A stretch of DNA of 64,000 nucleotides. Source: Leucoraja ocellata. Lineage: Eukaryota. Location of the stretch: NCBI GenBank assembly GCA_036785375.1, contig JAWMAR010000009.1, positions 10,230,001-10,294,000 of the forward strand. The letters run 5' to 3'. Each line of letters opens with the position of its first letter. The first letter of the stretch is position 1. Positions 52,426 to 64,000 of the stretch are shown piece after piece. Below the pieces are notes generated by a model. That model ran no database searches and was not told where the DNA came from. It saw only the letters and a list, made by a program, of their open reading frames with translations. The translations under genes and the position numbers were made by a program.

Positions 52426-54222
52426 TCATTATCACATATTTTTTAAACATTCCAGAACCTTTGTATAACCTCAGATTGAGAAATGACCAATGTTATCTGG
52501 AATCTAATCCCTTATTCCACAAAACAATTAACTCAATTTTTTTCTGAAATGTCTAAACTCCGTTGATGAGGTTTTGATTTTCAGCTCATTTTTAAAACAA
52601 TTTGATGACAGCATCCATTTACCTGTCTTGTCTCTTTGAACAAAGGAATGTCTATAACTAATGCCCCTCTAATGCAACAAGCCATGACATTTCTTGTGAT
52701 GCCAAATATTAATATATTTTATGATCTGTTATGGGTTTCAGAAAGTTCATAGAAAGTTGTTCTTGCTCCTATACTTTGCACAATAATAATATTTGAACGT
52801 TTCCCTTCTCTTCATTTACATTGCCCAGTTGATGAGGTGAATGCAATTTGGGTTGCAGGGTTATCTAATTTCCTGTCATACCTATAATATAGGGCTTATC
52901 TGGAATACTTCCCAGCAGTATTTGCATTTAAATATGTCAGGACATTCATTTTTAAATTGCCTCATACATAATTATGGCACATCTATTAATTTCTTCATTT
53001 CAGCCGTGCATAAAAATAGGCAAAGGAATGTAATTCAAATATTTTGATCCATTAACCACATATGCTTTTCTCAAAGTTGTCTGTTGAGGCAAAGGAAGAA
53101 CAATATATTCCAGATGAGGAACAGGACACAAATGAAAAATTGGAGGAGCCCAGGACTGATCCTTTAGGGGCATTTGGCCAAGTAGATTTTATCCAATAAT
53201 AAATTCAGTGATGTTTACTGCAACAGGAAATCAAAAGCATTTACTTAATTTCATGAACATCTTCGTCTTACTTGTTTTGATAGAATCATTACACGTGACA
53301 TTAACAGAGCAAACAGCTCTACAGTAAAGGAATAAACTGCCTCCTGATGTGAGTAAGCAATTCAGAGTCTTGGGGCAATGGCTTTCTCAATGTCATACTC
53401 TGAAATACATATTGAACACAGATGATGTATAATGAGTTACATGGCAGTGGTTGGATCAAGTGCGTCTAGTGATGTCATCTACTGGAAGGGAATTGATACC
53501 CCCCAATTATTACCTCATAACCTCAATTCTTACATTTATAACATTAATTGGTAATATTTATTACTGTGGTTCTTTTAAAATTACTGTGTTGATTTAAAAG
53601 TATTGTTTCCATGGGTTGTTGGAGAAAGGAGATCATAAAGCATAAAGAGTCATAGCTAAATGTGACATGCTGAAGCAATTTAATGCTGAGATCACGGATA
53701 TTCTCTTGGACAAGTATATCACAGATATGGAAAAAAGGCATATGGATCGGAGTAGTGGCATATATCAGCCATGATCTCAGAAACACCACTACGTATTTTT
53801 ATGTCTGGTCTTACAAGGACAGAATAACCTTGTTGGCAAGACTGTGCTTAGTGTTAGAAAGTACACATTCAGGAGAGAAAATATTGGTGGGACAGGAAGT
53901 GGTGATGTGCATATTCCATTATTTTTGCTCATTTAATCCCATTTAAATTGGAGCAAAAATTTATATCTTTGACGCCGGAGTGTAGCGACATTTTGCCGCA
54001 GCTGGGCAAGATGATCTTAAATATCCCTGTTGTTTGTAAAGCTGCAGTAAGTAAAACATTCATTGTTCTAGTTGATATCTAGTACATATGACAAATTAAT
54101 ACTTTTGAGTCTCTATCTACAACTTGACATTTATGATTAATAGACTTTCATATCAATGCTATTTTAAACATTTGAATAATTATGAAATGAATGATATTTT
54201 CAATTATTTCTCTATAAAACTA

Positions 54223-54426
<204 letters not shown>

Positions 54427-54774
54427 TCAGCAAGAGTAGAGAAAGATAACCTGCAGCAGCAACATCTGCAAATATAGCACCTTATGTAGAAAAAATCATC
54501 TTAAGGGGCTTCATGGCAATGTTATCACACAAAATATTTGGACAACAGGTGTAGATTTGAAGGAATGTGTTATAGGATGAAAAATAAGTAGAAAGGTGGA
54601 GAAGAATAGGAAGGGAATTTTAGACCTTGGCATCTTGGCAGCTGTAGGTAAAATATAAAAGGTAGACACTGAGCACTGGAGATGCCTTAGAGGGTTATAA
54701 GGCTACAGAAGGTCATTGAGCTAGGGAGGCTGATGCTTTAAAAAAAAAAAAAAAAAATCAGCATTTTCAATTAA

Positions 54775-55230
54775 TTTGGGCCTGGATTGGTTGGTATTAC
54801 TACAGGGAGAGGTTGGACTGTCTTGGATTGTTTTCTCTGGAACTCCAGAGATTGCAGGGAGACATGATAGAAGTATATAAAATTACAAGAGGCACAGAAA
54901 GGGTAGATAGTCAGAACCTCTTTCCCAGGATGAAAAAAGTCATATACGACAGGGCATAGCCTTAAGGTGAGAGGGGTGAAGTTTAAAGGGGATGCATGGG
55001 GCATGTTTTTCTTACACAGAGGCTGACAAGAGCCTGGAACGCCCCTGCCAAGGATGATGGTTGAGGCATATATGGTCGTGGCATTTAAGAGAGTTTTGGA
55101 TAGGCTTATCTATACACGGGGAATGGAGGGATATGGATTATGTGTAAGCGGAGAAGAGTTAATCTTGGCATCATGTTCGGCATAGACATTGTGGGACAAA
55201 GGCTTGATCTTGTGCTCTATTGTTCTAAGT
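54775..55230 (+). mobile_element. CR1 LINE 3' fragment
   Basis: YRERLDCLGLFSLELQRLQGDMIEVYKI-type translation; decayed 3' tail. Confidence 0.8.
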
Positions 55231-55239
55231 ACAATAATT

Positions 55240-57050
55240 CATTTTCCAGCATCTGGGCAAGGCTGGTAAGGCCATCATTTATTGACCATCACGCTTGAGA
55301 AGGTGGTATGGAAGAAATTTCTTGACCTGCTCCAGTCAGGTAAGGTAGTGTTAGGTAAAGGCACTGTTGGGTAGTGAACTTCATAATCCACCCAGTGAAG
55401 GAACAACAATATACTTCCAACTGTGTAACATGGATAAGAACCAGCAGGTGTTCTCATGCATCTGTGAACCTTGTCCTTCTTGGTAGAGATCACAGTTTTG
55501 GTAAGTTCTGTCAGGGCCGAATGGTGCATTTTCCAGATGGTACATGCCACAACCATTCTGCATGAATGCTGGAGGGAATGAAAGTTAGGTAGCTGATGTA
55601 GTGTTCATTAAGCAGGCCTGTTCACAGCATTGTAGTTTCACTCATCCAGAGTATTCTATCACACCTTTGATTTGTCGATGGTGGAACCATTCTGAAATAT
55701 CAGGACATGAGTCACTATCACAGAACACCCTACTTCTGATCTCCCCTTGTAGCCATGGTATCATGTGGCCAGTCCGGTGGAATGTGCGGTCAATGGTGGC
55801 CAGGTGAGGGATCCCTTGATGGTGAGGGATTGAGAAATAATAATTCCACTGAAGATCAAAGATATGAGGCTAGAGTTTCCCTTTTAGGAGATTGTCACCG
55901 TATAACTACATCATTATGGTGTTATACTTATCAGCACATGACTGAACATTGTTTAGATCTTGCTGTATGTAAAGGGGCTGTCCCACTTGGGCAACCTAAT
56001 CCGCGAGTTAAGAAGAGTGTCTTCAACTTTCAAGCTTGAGGGCACTCGCCTGGAAAGCCTCGAGCTGGATCGACCGTCCGCGTTGAAACCGCGAGCTGGA
56101 TCGACCGACCGTACACACGCACACACACATTGCAAAGGCGGGGGCCAGGGAAAGCGGGGGAGCGCAGTCTGCGCAATGAAAAGGAAGGTAAACGACTGCT
56201 ACAGTGTATGGTAAGTCCTTTAGAGAGTGCGGAGGGGGAGGGGGGAGAGAAGGGGAGAGAGGGGGAGAGAGAAGGAGTGGAGACACTTTTAAGAAGTATA
56301 ATAAAGTTTAGCGGGCATTTTACCTACTGGTAGGTCTTCTTTGGTCCTGAGAACTCCAATCAGCCAATCAAAATGCCCGGTCAGTGAAGGAGATTGCCTA
56401 TGGCTGCCCTCGACTGCCTGTAACTAAATAGCGACCCCACTCCACTGCACTACGAGTTAAAAAGATGGTCATGCCGACCAAATTTTACTTGCGGAAAAAT
56501 TTTCAACATGCTGAAAATTTTTTCCGTGACCTAGATGAGGCCACGAGTATTCGGGTACTTCCCTCGAGCATGAAGGAGAGTTCCAGTGACCTCATATGAC
56601 CTCCTAGGACCACGTGTCGACCATGCTGCGAGTTTGAAGGTCGAAGACACTCTTCTAAACTCGCAGATTAGGTCGTCCAAGTGGGACAGCCTCTTTAGAG
56701 TTCTGGCCTGAGGAACACCTGTAGTGATGCCCTGGACTAGAATAATTCACATCCAATGGCCACAGTCATCTTCTTTTATGAAAGAATAATTTATACTGCT
56801 GGAGTGTTTTCCCATTGTTGCCAACTGGTCATAGCTTCCTGATGCACACTTGATCAAATGTTACCTTGATAACATGGATAGTAACTCTCAATTCTCCTTG
56901 GGAATTCTGCTCTTTGGGCCTTATTTGGGCCTGGAGACACATGCTCCTGGTGAAACAAGTGCCATTTGATAGCACAGTGCGTGATTATTTCCATCATTTT
57001 GTTGTTGATTGAGTCATCACTGCTGGGCATTAATCCAGGTATTTCTCACC
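55240..57050 (-). mobile_element. Old LINE remnant split by a Harbinger MITE
   Basis: 3' tail ..TCAATAAATGATGGCC..; beyond the MITE, RT-like GHHYRCSSGQNS/LPMLSR..DQV decayed motifs continue. Confidence 0.5.
55973..56694. mobile_element. Full-length PIF/Harbinger-type MITE (722 bp)
   Basis: ~65-bp imperfect TIRs starting AGGGGCTGTCCCACTTGG and ending CCAAGTGGGACAGCCTCT; flanked by TAA / TTA. Confidence 0.88.
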
Positions 57051-57492
57051 CAAATGCACTATGGCAGTACCTTCACCAGAGGATCTCTGGCAGTTCCAGA
57101 CAGTGTCTCATTACCACCTATTCAAAGGCAATTTAAGGATGCTTGCATTGACTGGATCTCAAAATATGTTTTAAAAAAATCACTGAAATGCAGCATGCAG
57201 ATTAGAGTTGGACAGGACCTGAATAAATGCATCACGTTTGGATTGGATACCAGAAAAAATTTCAAGTGCTACCTTGTGATCAGGTCTGCGCAGACCACTA
57301 ATGACAATGTAAAATTGAAAGTGACCCAGCTAATACTCATGGTACCGCAAAAGAAAATGGTGAAATGTAAGATGCGAACCAATACTGGTGATTTTCTGGT
57401 TAAGAGGTGGGAAGACTGGAGCAGTTGGATGACACAGAAATATTGAAATACATGGAGGTATGGAATACCTTTGTCGCAGCATGGCAAATTCA

Positions 57493-57651
<159 letters not shown>

Positions 57652-57754
57652 TCATCAGTTCAGAAGGGCATGAGTATTTTGAAAAGAAAGTCCATTGATT
57701 TCAACAAGTCCTCCCCATCTATTTTATATTATTCAAATCAGATATACTTCAGTG

Positions 57755-58546
57755 AGCTTTCAGAACCCACTCGTTTTTCCGGTTTCAAAGCACTGCTCTC
57801 TAACGGATTCCTAATTTTGGTGACTAGGCAACTGCTTTGCCGAACACTTGCCCTCTGTCCACCAGGACCAGTTGGACTTTTCGTTTGTTGGGCTCTTCAA
57901 TTTCTCTTCACATTCCCATGACATCCTGTCTATCCTCAGCTTTCTCCTCTGTAAAAACAGCACCTTATATTCTGTTTGGATAGACTAATCCTACGGCATG
58001 TACAATGAATTCTCCAGTTTAAGGTAAACTCATGCCCCCACCCCCCTCCTCTGAGCTACCCAGTTTTCCCTATCTCCCAACTGCACAGAGCCCTTCTCTT
58101 CCTTTTCCATCTGCTCAGCACCCACACCTCCATACTCCGAGTCCCCCAGTTTTCATCCCCCCCATTCCCTATACCATCCCTCCCTCTGGTTCTATTTTTC
58201 ACCCCCACTTCCTTTTCCTCTCAGATTCCACCCATTAGATCCCTTTGTCTTCTCTACTTATCGCCTCCAGCCTTGGTTACTATCTTCACTCTTCTCTCCC
58301 CCACCTGACATTTACTAAGTAACCCCTCTTCCTATTACAGTCAATCTATCACTTACTCCTATTCCATCCCTTCACCACACTTCTTTCTACCAGCTAACTC
58401 CATTTTACTCTATCAGTCTTTGGAACAGTTGTGATCTGGAATGCTGCCTATCCATTTCCCTTCACATATGCAGCCTGACCCGCTGAGTTCCTCCCGCAGT
58501 CTATCTTTTGCTCCAGATTCCAGCATTAGCGGTCTCTTGTGTCTCC
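57755..58546 (+). mobile_element. Degenerate Penelope-like element 3' end
   Basis: CGCTTTGCCGAACAC-like, AACAGCACCTTATATTCTGTTTGG..GGCATG..AATGAATTCTCC, pyrimidine-rich tract, then GCCTGACCCGCTGAGTTCCTCC..AGATTCCAGCA. Confidence 0.75.
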
Positions 58547-59129
58547 TATTTTTGGAAAATGTTTTATCTGGCATCCTGCCTCTTGAAACTTGAAACCATT
58601 ATTGAAGTAAAACAAAGTCTGACTGCATTAAGTTTTAGAACTGCCTTCACAATCTGAGCCCAATTTACTTAACCTTCATTCCTGACACACCAGGCAAAAT
58701 ACATTGTGTAAATAAATACCTTTCAAGAACAAAAATCTTACTCACAATTGTAAGACCAGAACAATGCACATTATTCCACTGGCTAACAGCCGTTTGAAAT
58801 CATTGAATTTATTAAATAGAAAGCATCGCAAAAGTGAAATTACAGAGCTAACCACAGAGTTAGGTTATTTTATGTTTCAGTTATCTTCAATATATTGCTC
58901 ATAATTCTAAACATTTTTTTTCAAAATTACCAAGAAATTAAAGTGGTACCCCTAGTTGAGAGAATTGGAGAGGACAGTATATTGGGCTTGTCTTCTTCAG
59001 AGAAGAGGTTACTTACTCTTCTGTATATAGTGGTAAAGAACACATTACCGATAATGGGCAGAATAAGATAACAATAAGAGCTACTTAAAAATGGGAAAGA
59101 AATGTTAATCAACCGTTCTCAGTTTTTCT

Positions 59130-60180
59130 ATTGTTATTACAACGTTTAACCTTAATTCCTAAAAGAGCTAGACTTATCATGAGGAAGTCAGGTCTGCCTA
59201 ATCTGTTTCATAGATCTGGCATGTTCTGCAGTAGAGATGGACATGCAGGAAGGAAAGAAGGAGAATGAGACTGGGTAGGTAGTAGAACCTTTTGCGAACA
59301 ATGACTACAATTCAAAAAGCTCGATGGTAGACTACAGTAAGCTATGTAAAAGGACACGGTTGGGTCTAAATTTAAGGTCTTAAATTGGGGGACGATTGAC
59401 TTAAAAAATAGAAGACATGACTTGACAAGGGTAGAAAGGGAGCAACTGCTAGACATCAAACTAACATCCAATAAATGGGAGGCGTTAAAAGTGAAATAGT
59501 AGATGTTGCGAGAGAGGGTGTCTAAAACTAGAGGATACAGGTTTAAGAAGTAAAGATGGTAAGATTAGGCAACCAAAGGAAGTTGAGGGTTTGTTCTGGA
59601 AAAAGGAAGCGGATGTCAGGTACAGGCAATCAGTTCAGAAGGGCATGAACATTTTGAAAGATAAATTCCATTGAATCCAACAAGTCCACCCTATCCAGTG
59701 ATGTCTATGAGGTTTTTACAGACAAAAAGGAGGACATGAAATGTCTATTTTGCAAAAATATTAGAAGAGAATAGTGGTGAAAGAATGGATTTCATCAGCA
59801 ACCAATAAGGTCTTTATGTGAAACCGGGGGACAAGTTTGGTGCCCTGAATGAATATTTCATGTTAGTATTCACCAGGGAGAAGGATAAAGGGGGGAGTTT
59901 AAAATTAGAGGGCACAGGTTTAAAGTGAGAAGGGAACATTTCAGGGAATTCTGAGGGGCAAATGTTTCACTTTGGGTGATGGGTATATGGATCAAGCTGC
60001 TTGAGGTGGTGGTAGAGCCTAATGTAATTACAGCAATGAAAAAGCAGTTGGGCAGGTACATGTACAGGAATAAATAGAGGTACATTTGCCAAATGCGAAA
60101 TGGGATTAGTATAGGCAGGCAAACACGGTTGGCACGTAGAAGATAGGCTAAAGAACCTGTTTCCATGCTGTCCGACACTT
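59130..60180 (+). mobile_element. Degenerate CR1 fragments
   Basis: CTGAATGAATATTTC..TCAGTATTCACC-like segment, AGAGGGCACAGGTTTAAAGTGAGA and CR1 tail CCTGTTTCCATGCTG. Confidence 0.65.
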
Positions 60181-62859
60181 AAGTAAGCAAAGTATGTAGA
60201 AATGTAATCATTTTACTCGCGAGGAATACCATAGATGAAAAGAACATGAAACCATATGAATTTACCAATGTACAATTTAAATCAAATTAAATCAATTATG
60301 CAATAGAAAATCCAAGCAAAATTACTCTGGAATTCAAGATCATATGTTGAGGCAAAGATGTTGATGCATTTAAAGAAACATTAAATAAATGCAGAAGGAA
60401 AGAACATGAAGGTATGCTGAAAGATGAATGAAGGGTCCAAGGAAGTTCATGTGGAGCCTAAACGTCATCACATACTGAATTCCCAAGTAGTTTACTTCTC
60501 TTTCATGCATGTTATGGAACTCAGTAATATGTAACTGTTTAATACAAAATTCTCCTAAGCTGTTCTACATTAATAAAGATCCTCAGCAGAGATGTGATCT
60601 CAGTTTCCATTTATTTCCCGATGACACCTCAGGTAACGGCTGCAGATGGAACCAACAAATGTCACTTTTGAAATAGAAAATAAAAGTGTTTTATTAGTGA
60701 TCCCTGATGGCCTTATGACAAATGGCCTCCTGCTGGATTGCAGAAATTTCGCTGCGGTGCCACATTTGGTCATTCTTTATCTTATCAAGTGTAATTATTT
60801 TAAAACTTGCTAATTTCTGATTTCTGCAAATTATTAATCCCCTTTTAAATATTTTATATATCTCATTTTTATATTTATGTATGCTTGAAAATGAACTCAA
60901 ACTGACAATACTGGTGAATTCTACACTGTTGGGAGAAAATTGTACGTGACTGAATAATTTTCTTTGGAACATTAGTTTGACTGCTGGATCAATGACATTC
61001 ATTTGGGGGCACTGTGGAGATGTCTCAGAAATTATTATCAAGACAGCCTTAAGAAAAATCCATGTATACAATAAATTATTGGGTTTGTTTCTATGTTTGA
61101 AACTTAGTGTTGTCAGCTCCTATTAAATCGAGAAAATTAAACTCAGGCTTCCAAAAATACCCTTACTGGTTATAAACACTTGACAAACATAATCAAAACA
61201 AAAACAAGATTAATTACAAACACTCAAAAGTCATGATTTTATGTTTTTTTACATGGAACCTAAAGAAACAGTCATAATTAAAAGAGAAATGCTATTTTTG
61301 AGGTTTTTAAACAGCAAAGTGACAGATTACAAAGCCAAGAGCACTGGTAAGAACAGTTGCTCTCCATGGTGAGGTGAATGAAAGGGGTTGGAGACTGGGT
61401 ACATAGGGTGACATAAGGCAGATGCAGATTATTAAACTTAAGAACCTAGTTAAAGTAATTCCAATTAAGCTTCCAAGTGAATGTGTCAGGGCTCAGAAAT
61501 AGGCACAAATCTTCTGCCATGCACTAACATAGAGTGTGGTAAAACTGTCGATTATACAGAAAAGCATTCCCTGTTATTGGTGTTGAAACCACTGGAAAGA
61601 AGTGATCTCACACTCTAAATACAGTATGGTGGCCTGGAGCCAATGTTTAAACTTGAAGCATACAGTTTAAAAGGTTCTCAAATGGCTGGCTAACTGCTCT
61701 GAAGTTACTCGTGCTTTGAAACAGATTTCTATTCATATGTGAAAGTTTCCAATTCTATAAATCATTCTGGCAGTTGGAGATGAGTGAATAGAACTCTGGA
61801 CACAGTTTCAGTAAACATGCTTAAGCTCGCAATTTCCTTGGATCCTTCTAAGAAATATTTGCAATACTGGGTTACTTCAACCAGTGTAAAATAAGAGTCG
61901 TTAAAGCACAAGTCAAGTTATTGCCTTGCTTTGCTATATTGCAACTTAGGTTTTCCAGAAACAACAATCTGGTTATCCAATGGATGTTAACTTTTTTTGC
62001 TACATCTTGTTATTTATGGCTTTTTAGATTAACTCATTCATGTCAAAATCTTTTATTTCTGTGTAGGACTACTTCCTACTGATTATAGTTTGAATAATAA
62101 TAATCACCAATTTTTTTCCCGCAATTAGGAGTCTTTTCATTGTATTATAATTGCACAAAAGAGTAACTGGGTAGAATGCTGATCTGAAAAATTCAAGGAT
62201 AAAAATGGTTCAATTTTATTCAGACTTTCCATTGTTCCAGAGCCTTCAGTCTCTAGTTAAAAAATCAACAGTGCAAAGAAAATTTAGCTTTTGAACCAGA
62301 ACTCAACTCATACAATTGTCCAAGCTTTCAATAATTTCCAATTTGGATTTGTTGTGAATATACATGAAAAAAGTCTGTCTAAAAGATATCGTGGAATAGT
62401 TTTTGGAACTTAAATCAACATGGTGGTTTGACATCAATTGCTCACTGCAATGGTATTAATATTTTTAACTTTGGTTATCAAAAATTACAGCATGATCTTT
62501 ATCGGTTGGGCTGAGGAATAATAAATGCAGTTTAATGTAGATAAGTGCGAGGTGTTGCATTTTGTGAAGTCAACTAATTGTAAAGTAAAACACTGACGTT
62601 ACTATGATTGCTATCTGATTGAGCTAAGTAGCAAGACATAAATAAAAATAAAATATATTTGATTTAATCAGACGGATCAATTTAGACAGGGAAGGACTGT
62701 TGTATACACAGAGCACAATATAGCCAGTGCTTTGAAAACTGTGTGAGCCAAATTATATATTGGTGATATCTTCACGTTGGCATCTTTAGACCCATTTGAT
62801 CAGTGGATGATGGGTTAATAATAATTACAAGTTGTTGTGAATTCAGTTGCAGAGGTAAG

Positions 62860-63010
62860 TTTATTGCGTGAAGCAAGACACAAAGTACTGAAGCAACCCT
62901 TTGAAAGAAGGGTCCCAATCTGAAATGTCCCTATCTATGTTCTCCAGAGATGCTGCCTGACCTGCTGAGTTGCTCCAGTAAATCAGCATCTGCAATTTCT
63001 TCTGTCTCAT
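62860..63010 (+). mobile_element. Penelope-derived short element
   Basis: AGAAGGGTCCC..GAAATGTCCCTATC..CTCCAGAGATGCTGCCTGACCTGCTGAGTTGCTCCAG. Confidence 0.7.
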
Positions 63011-63055
63011 AAGCTCCATCAATATACAAGCTATGATTTTTTTGTTGTTACATAC

Positions 63056-63149
63056 CTGTTTCTCCCCAAAGGGTATCAAAACTGTTAATCTGAGCTCGTT
63101 CTACTTCTTCTTCATCTTTTTCAGGCAGATCCAATAAATAAGAGACAAT
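63056..63149 (-). CDS. TANC2: TANC2 coding exon (first in window; gene continues beyond 64000), ankyrin region
   Basis: TTTCAG|ATT...ACAG|GTATGT; 94 nt, translates [31 protein letters not shown](A), matching vertebrate TANC2 as I recall it; phase 0 to 1. Confidence 0.95.
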
Positions 63150-64000
63150 CTGAAATTAAGTTCAAAAGAATATTACAAGAATGAGATCGATTTGTTTCTG
63201 ACTTTTGTGGGTCATATTTTGCATTATCTAATAAAAGGGTTTGCAGATAAAAGATTTTCTGTGCTAACCTCCATCCAGGTGTTTTGGTTCACCAATGATT
63301 TGTGCCACAAAGCAGAAAAGCACCAAAATCTCATCTCAACATTTCAGTACTTGGCAGAAGCAGACCAAAATTCACCCGTTCAAATTGAGTTTTAAGAAAT
63401 CCCATAAGATTCTTGGCTAAAATACATCAGGGAAAGATGCCTCAAATATATCTTTCCAAAATGCAACTTTGCGTATCATTCCAAAATCCCATCTAGGGCA
63501 GTTATGGACAGAAGATACTTTTGTGTAGAACAAAATGAGATTGCAGTTTCAAACTTTCAACCTGTCCATAGAATCATTAATGAAAGAGACCAATTATCCA
63601 ATTGGACTAGACCTTTGGTAAAACTTACCAATTAGAACTATTTTAGAGTTCCTCCCCATTACTATTTTTCCCCTTGCTTCAAGAATTCTTCTTATTTCTT
63701 TTTGAAAATGATTTACAAATGTTCTTCCATCGTTAGATGTTGTTGAAGCTGTACTCCTCAAGCAGATTGTTGATTGCTTCAGATTCCAGCATCTGCAGTC
63801 TCGTGTTTCTAAAATGAAACCTTTTGGTTTCGTGTTAATATCTATTTCATTGGTGATATGTTCTCTCTTTCCCTCACATAGAAATGTTTTAAATCTTCTC
63901 GTATCATCTATCTTTGTTCAATAAATGCTTTGCCTACCAAATTGATTCAAGTCCACATGGATCAGATCCTGTTTAAACATATTAAATTGAGCCTTACTGC

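Overview
AT-rich vertebrate genomic DNA, inferred to be from a cartilaginous fish (probably a skate or ray) from its repeat content: HER1-type CR1 LINEs, HE1-type V-SINEs, Deu-SINE remnants and Penelope-like elements. The window holds the 3' half of a TANC2 ortholog on the minus strand. Ten coding exons (63149 down to 18718) splice by hand, all GT-AG and phase-consistent, into 3045 nt, i.e. 1014 aa plus stop. They encode ankyrin repeats, TPR repeats, a polyQ linker, a long Ser/Pro-rich tail and the PDZ ligand ESNV. One exon is a 30-nt microexon (38992-39021, GCQTLPSRPR) absent from the ORF track. It has a 152-nt AG-free zone and a dense UGCU cluster upstream, and lies in a ~12 kb transposon-poor stretch. 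A ~5 kb repeat-free 3'UTR (to about 13690) carries Pumilio elements and miRNA seed matches. Bases 1-13500 look intergenic and repeat-rich. The best second-look items are: (1) minimal hammerhead ribozyme cores carried by Penelope-derived repeats, one intact copy lying sense within a TANC2 intron; (2) the microexon's splicing architecture; (3) a SINE-like family whose two copies share a body but carry different LINE-derived tails; (4) a candidate poison exon. Exon coordinates are exact; repeat boundaries are approximate and family names come from recognition, not a database search. I found no evidence of a wholly new multi-gene system.
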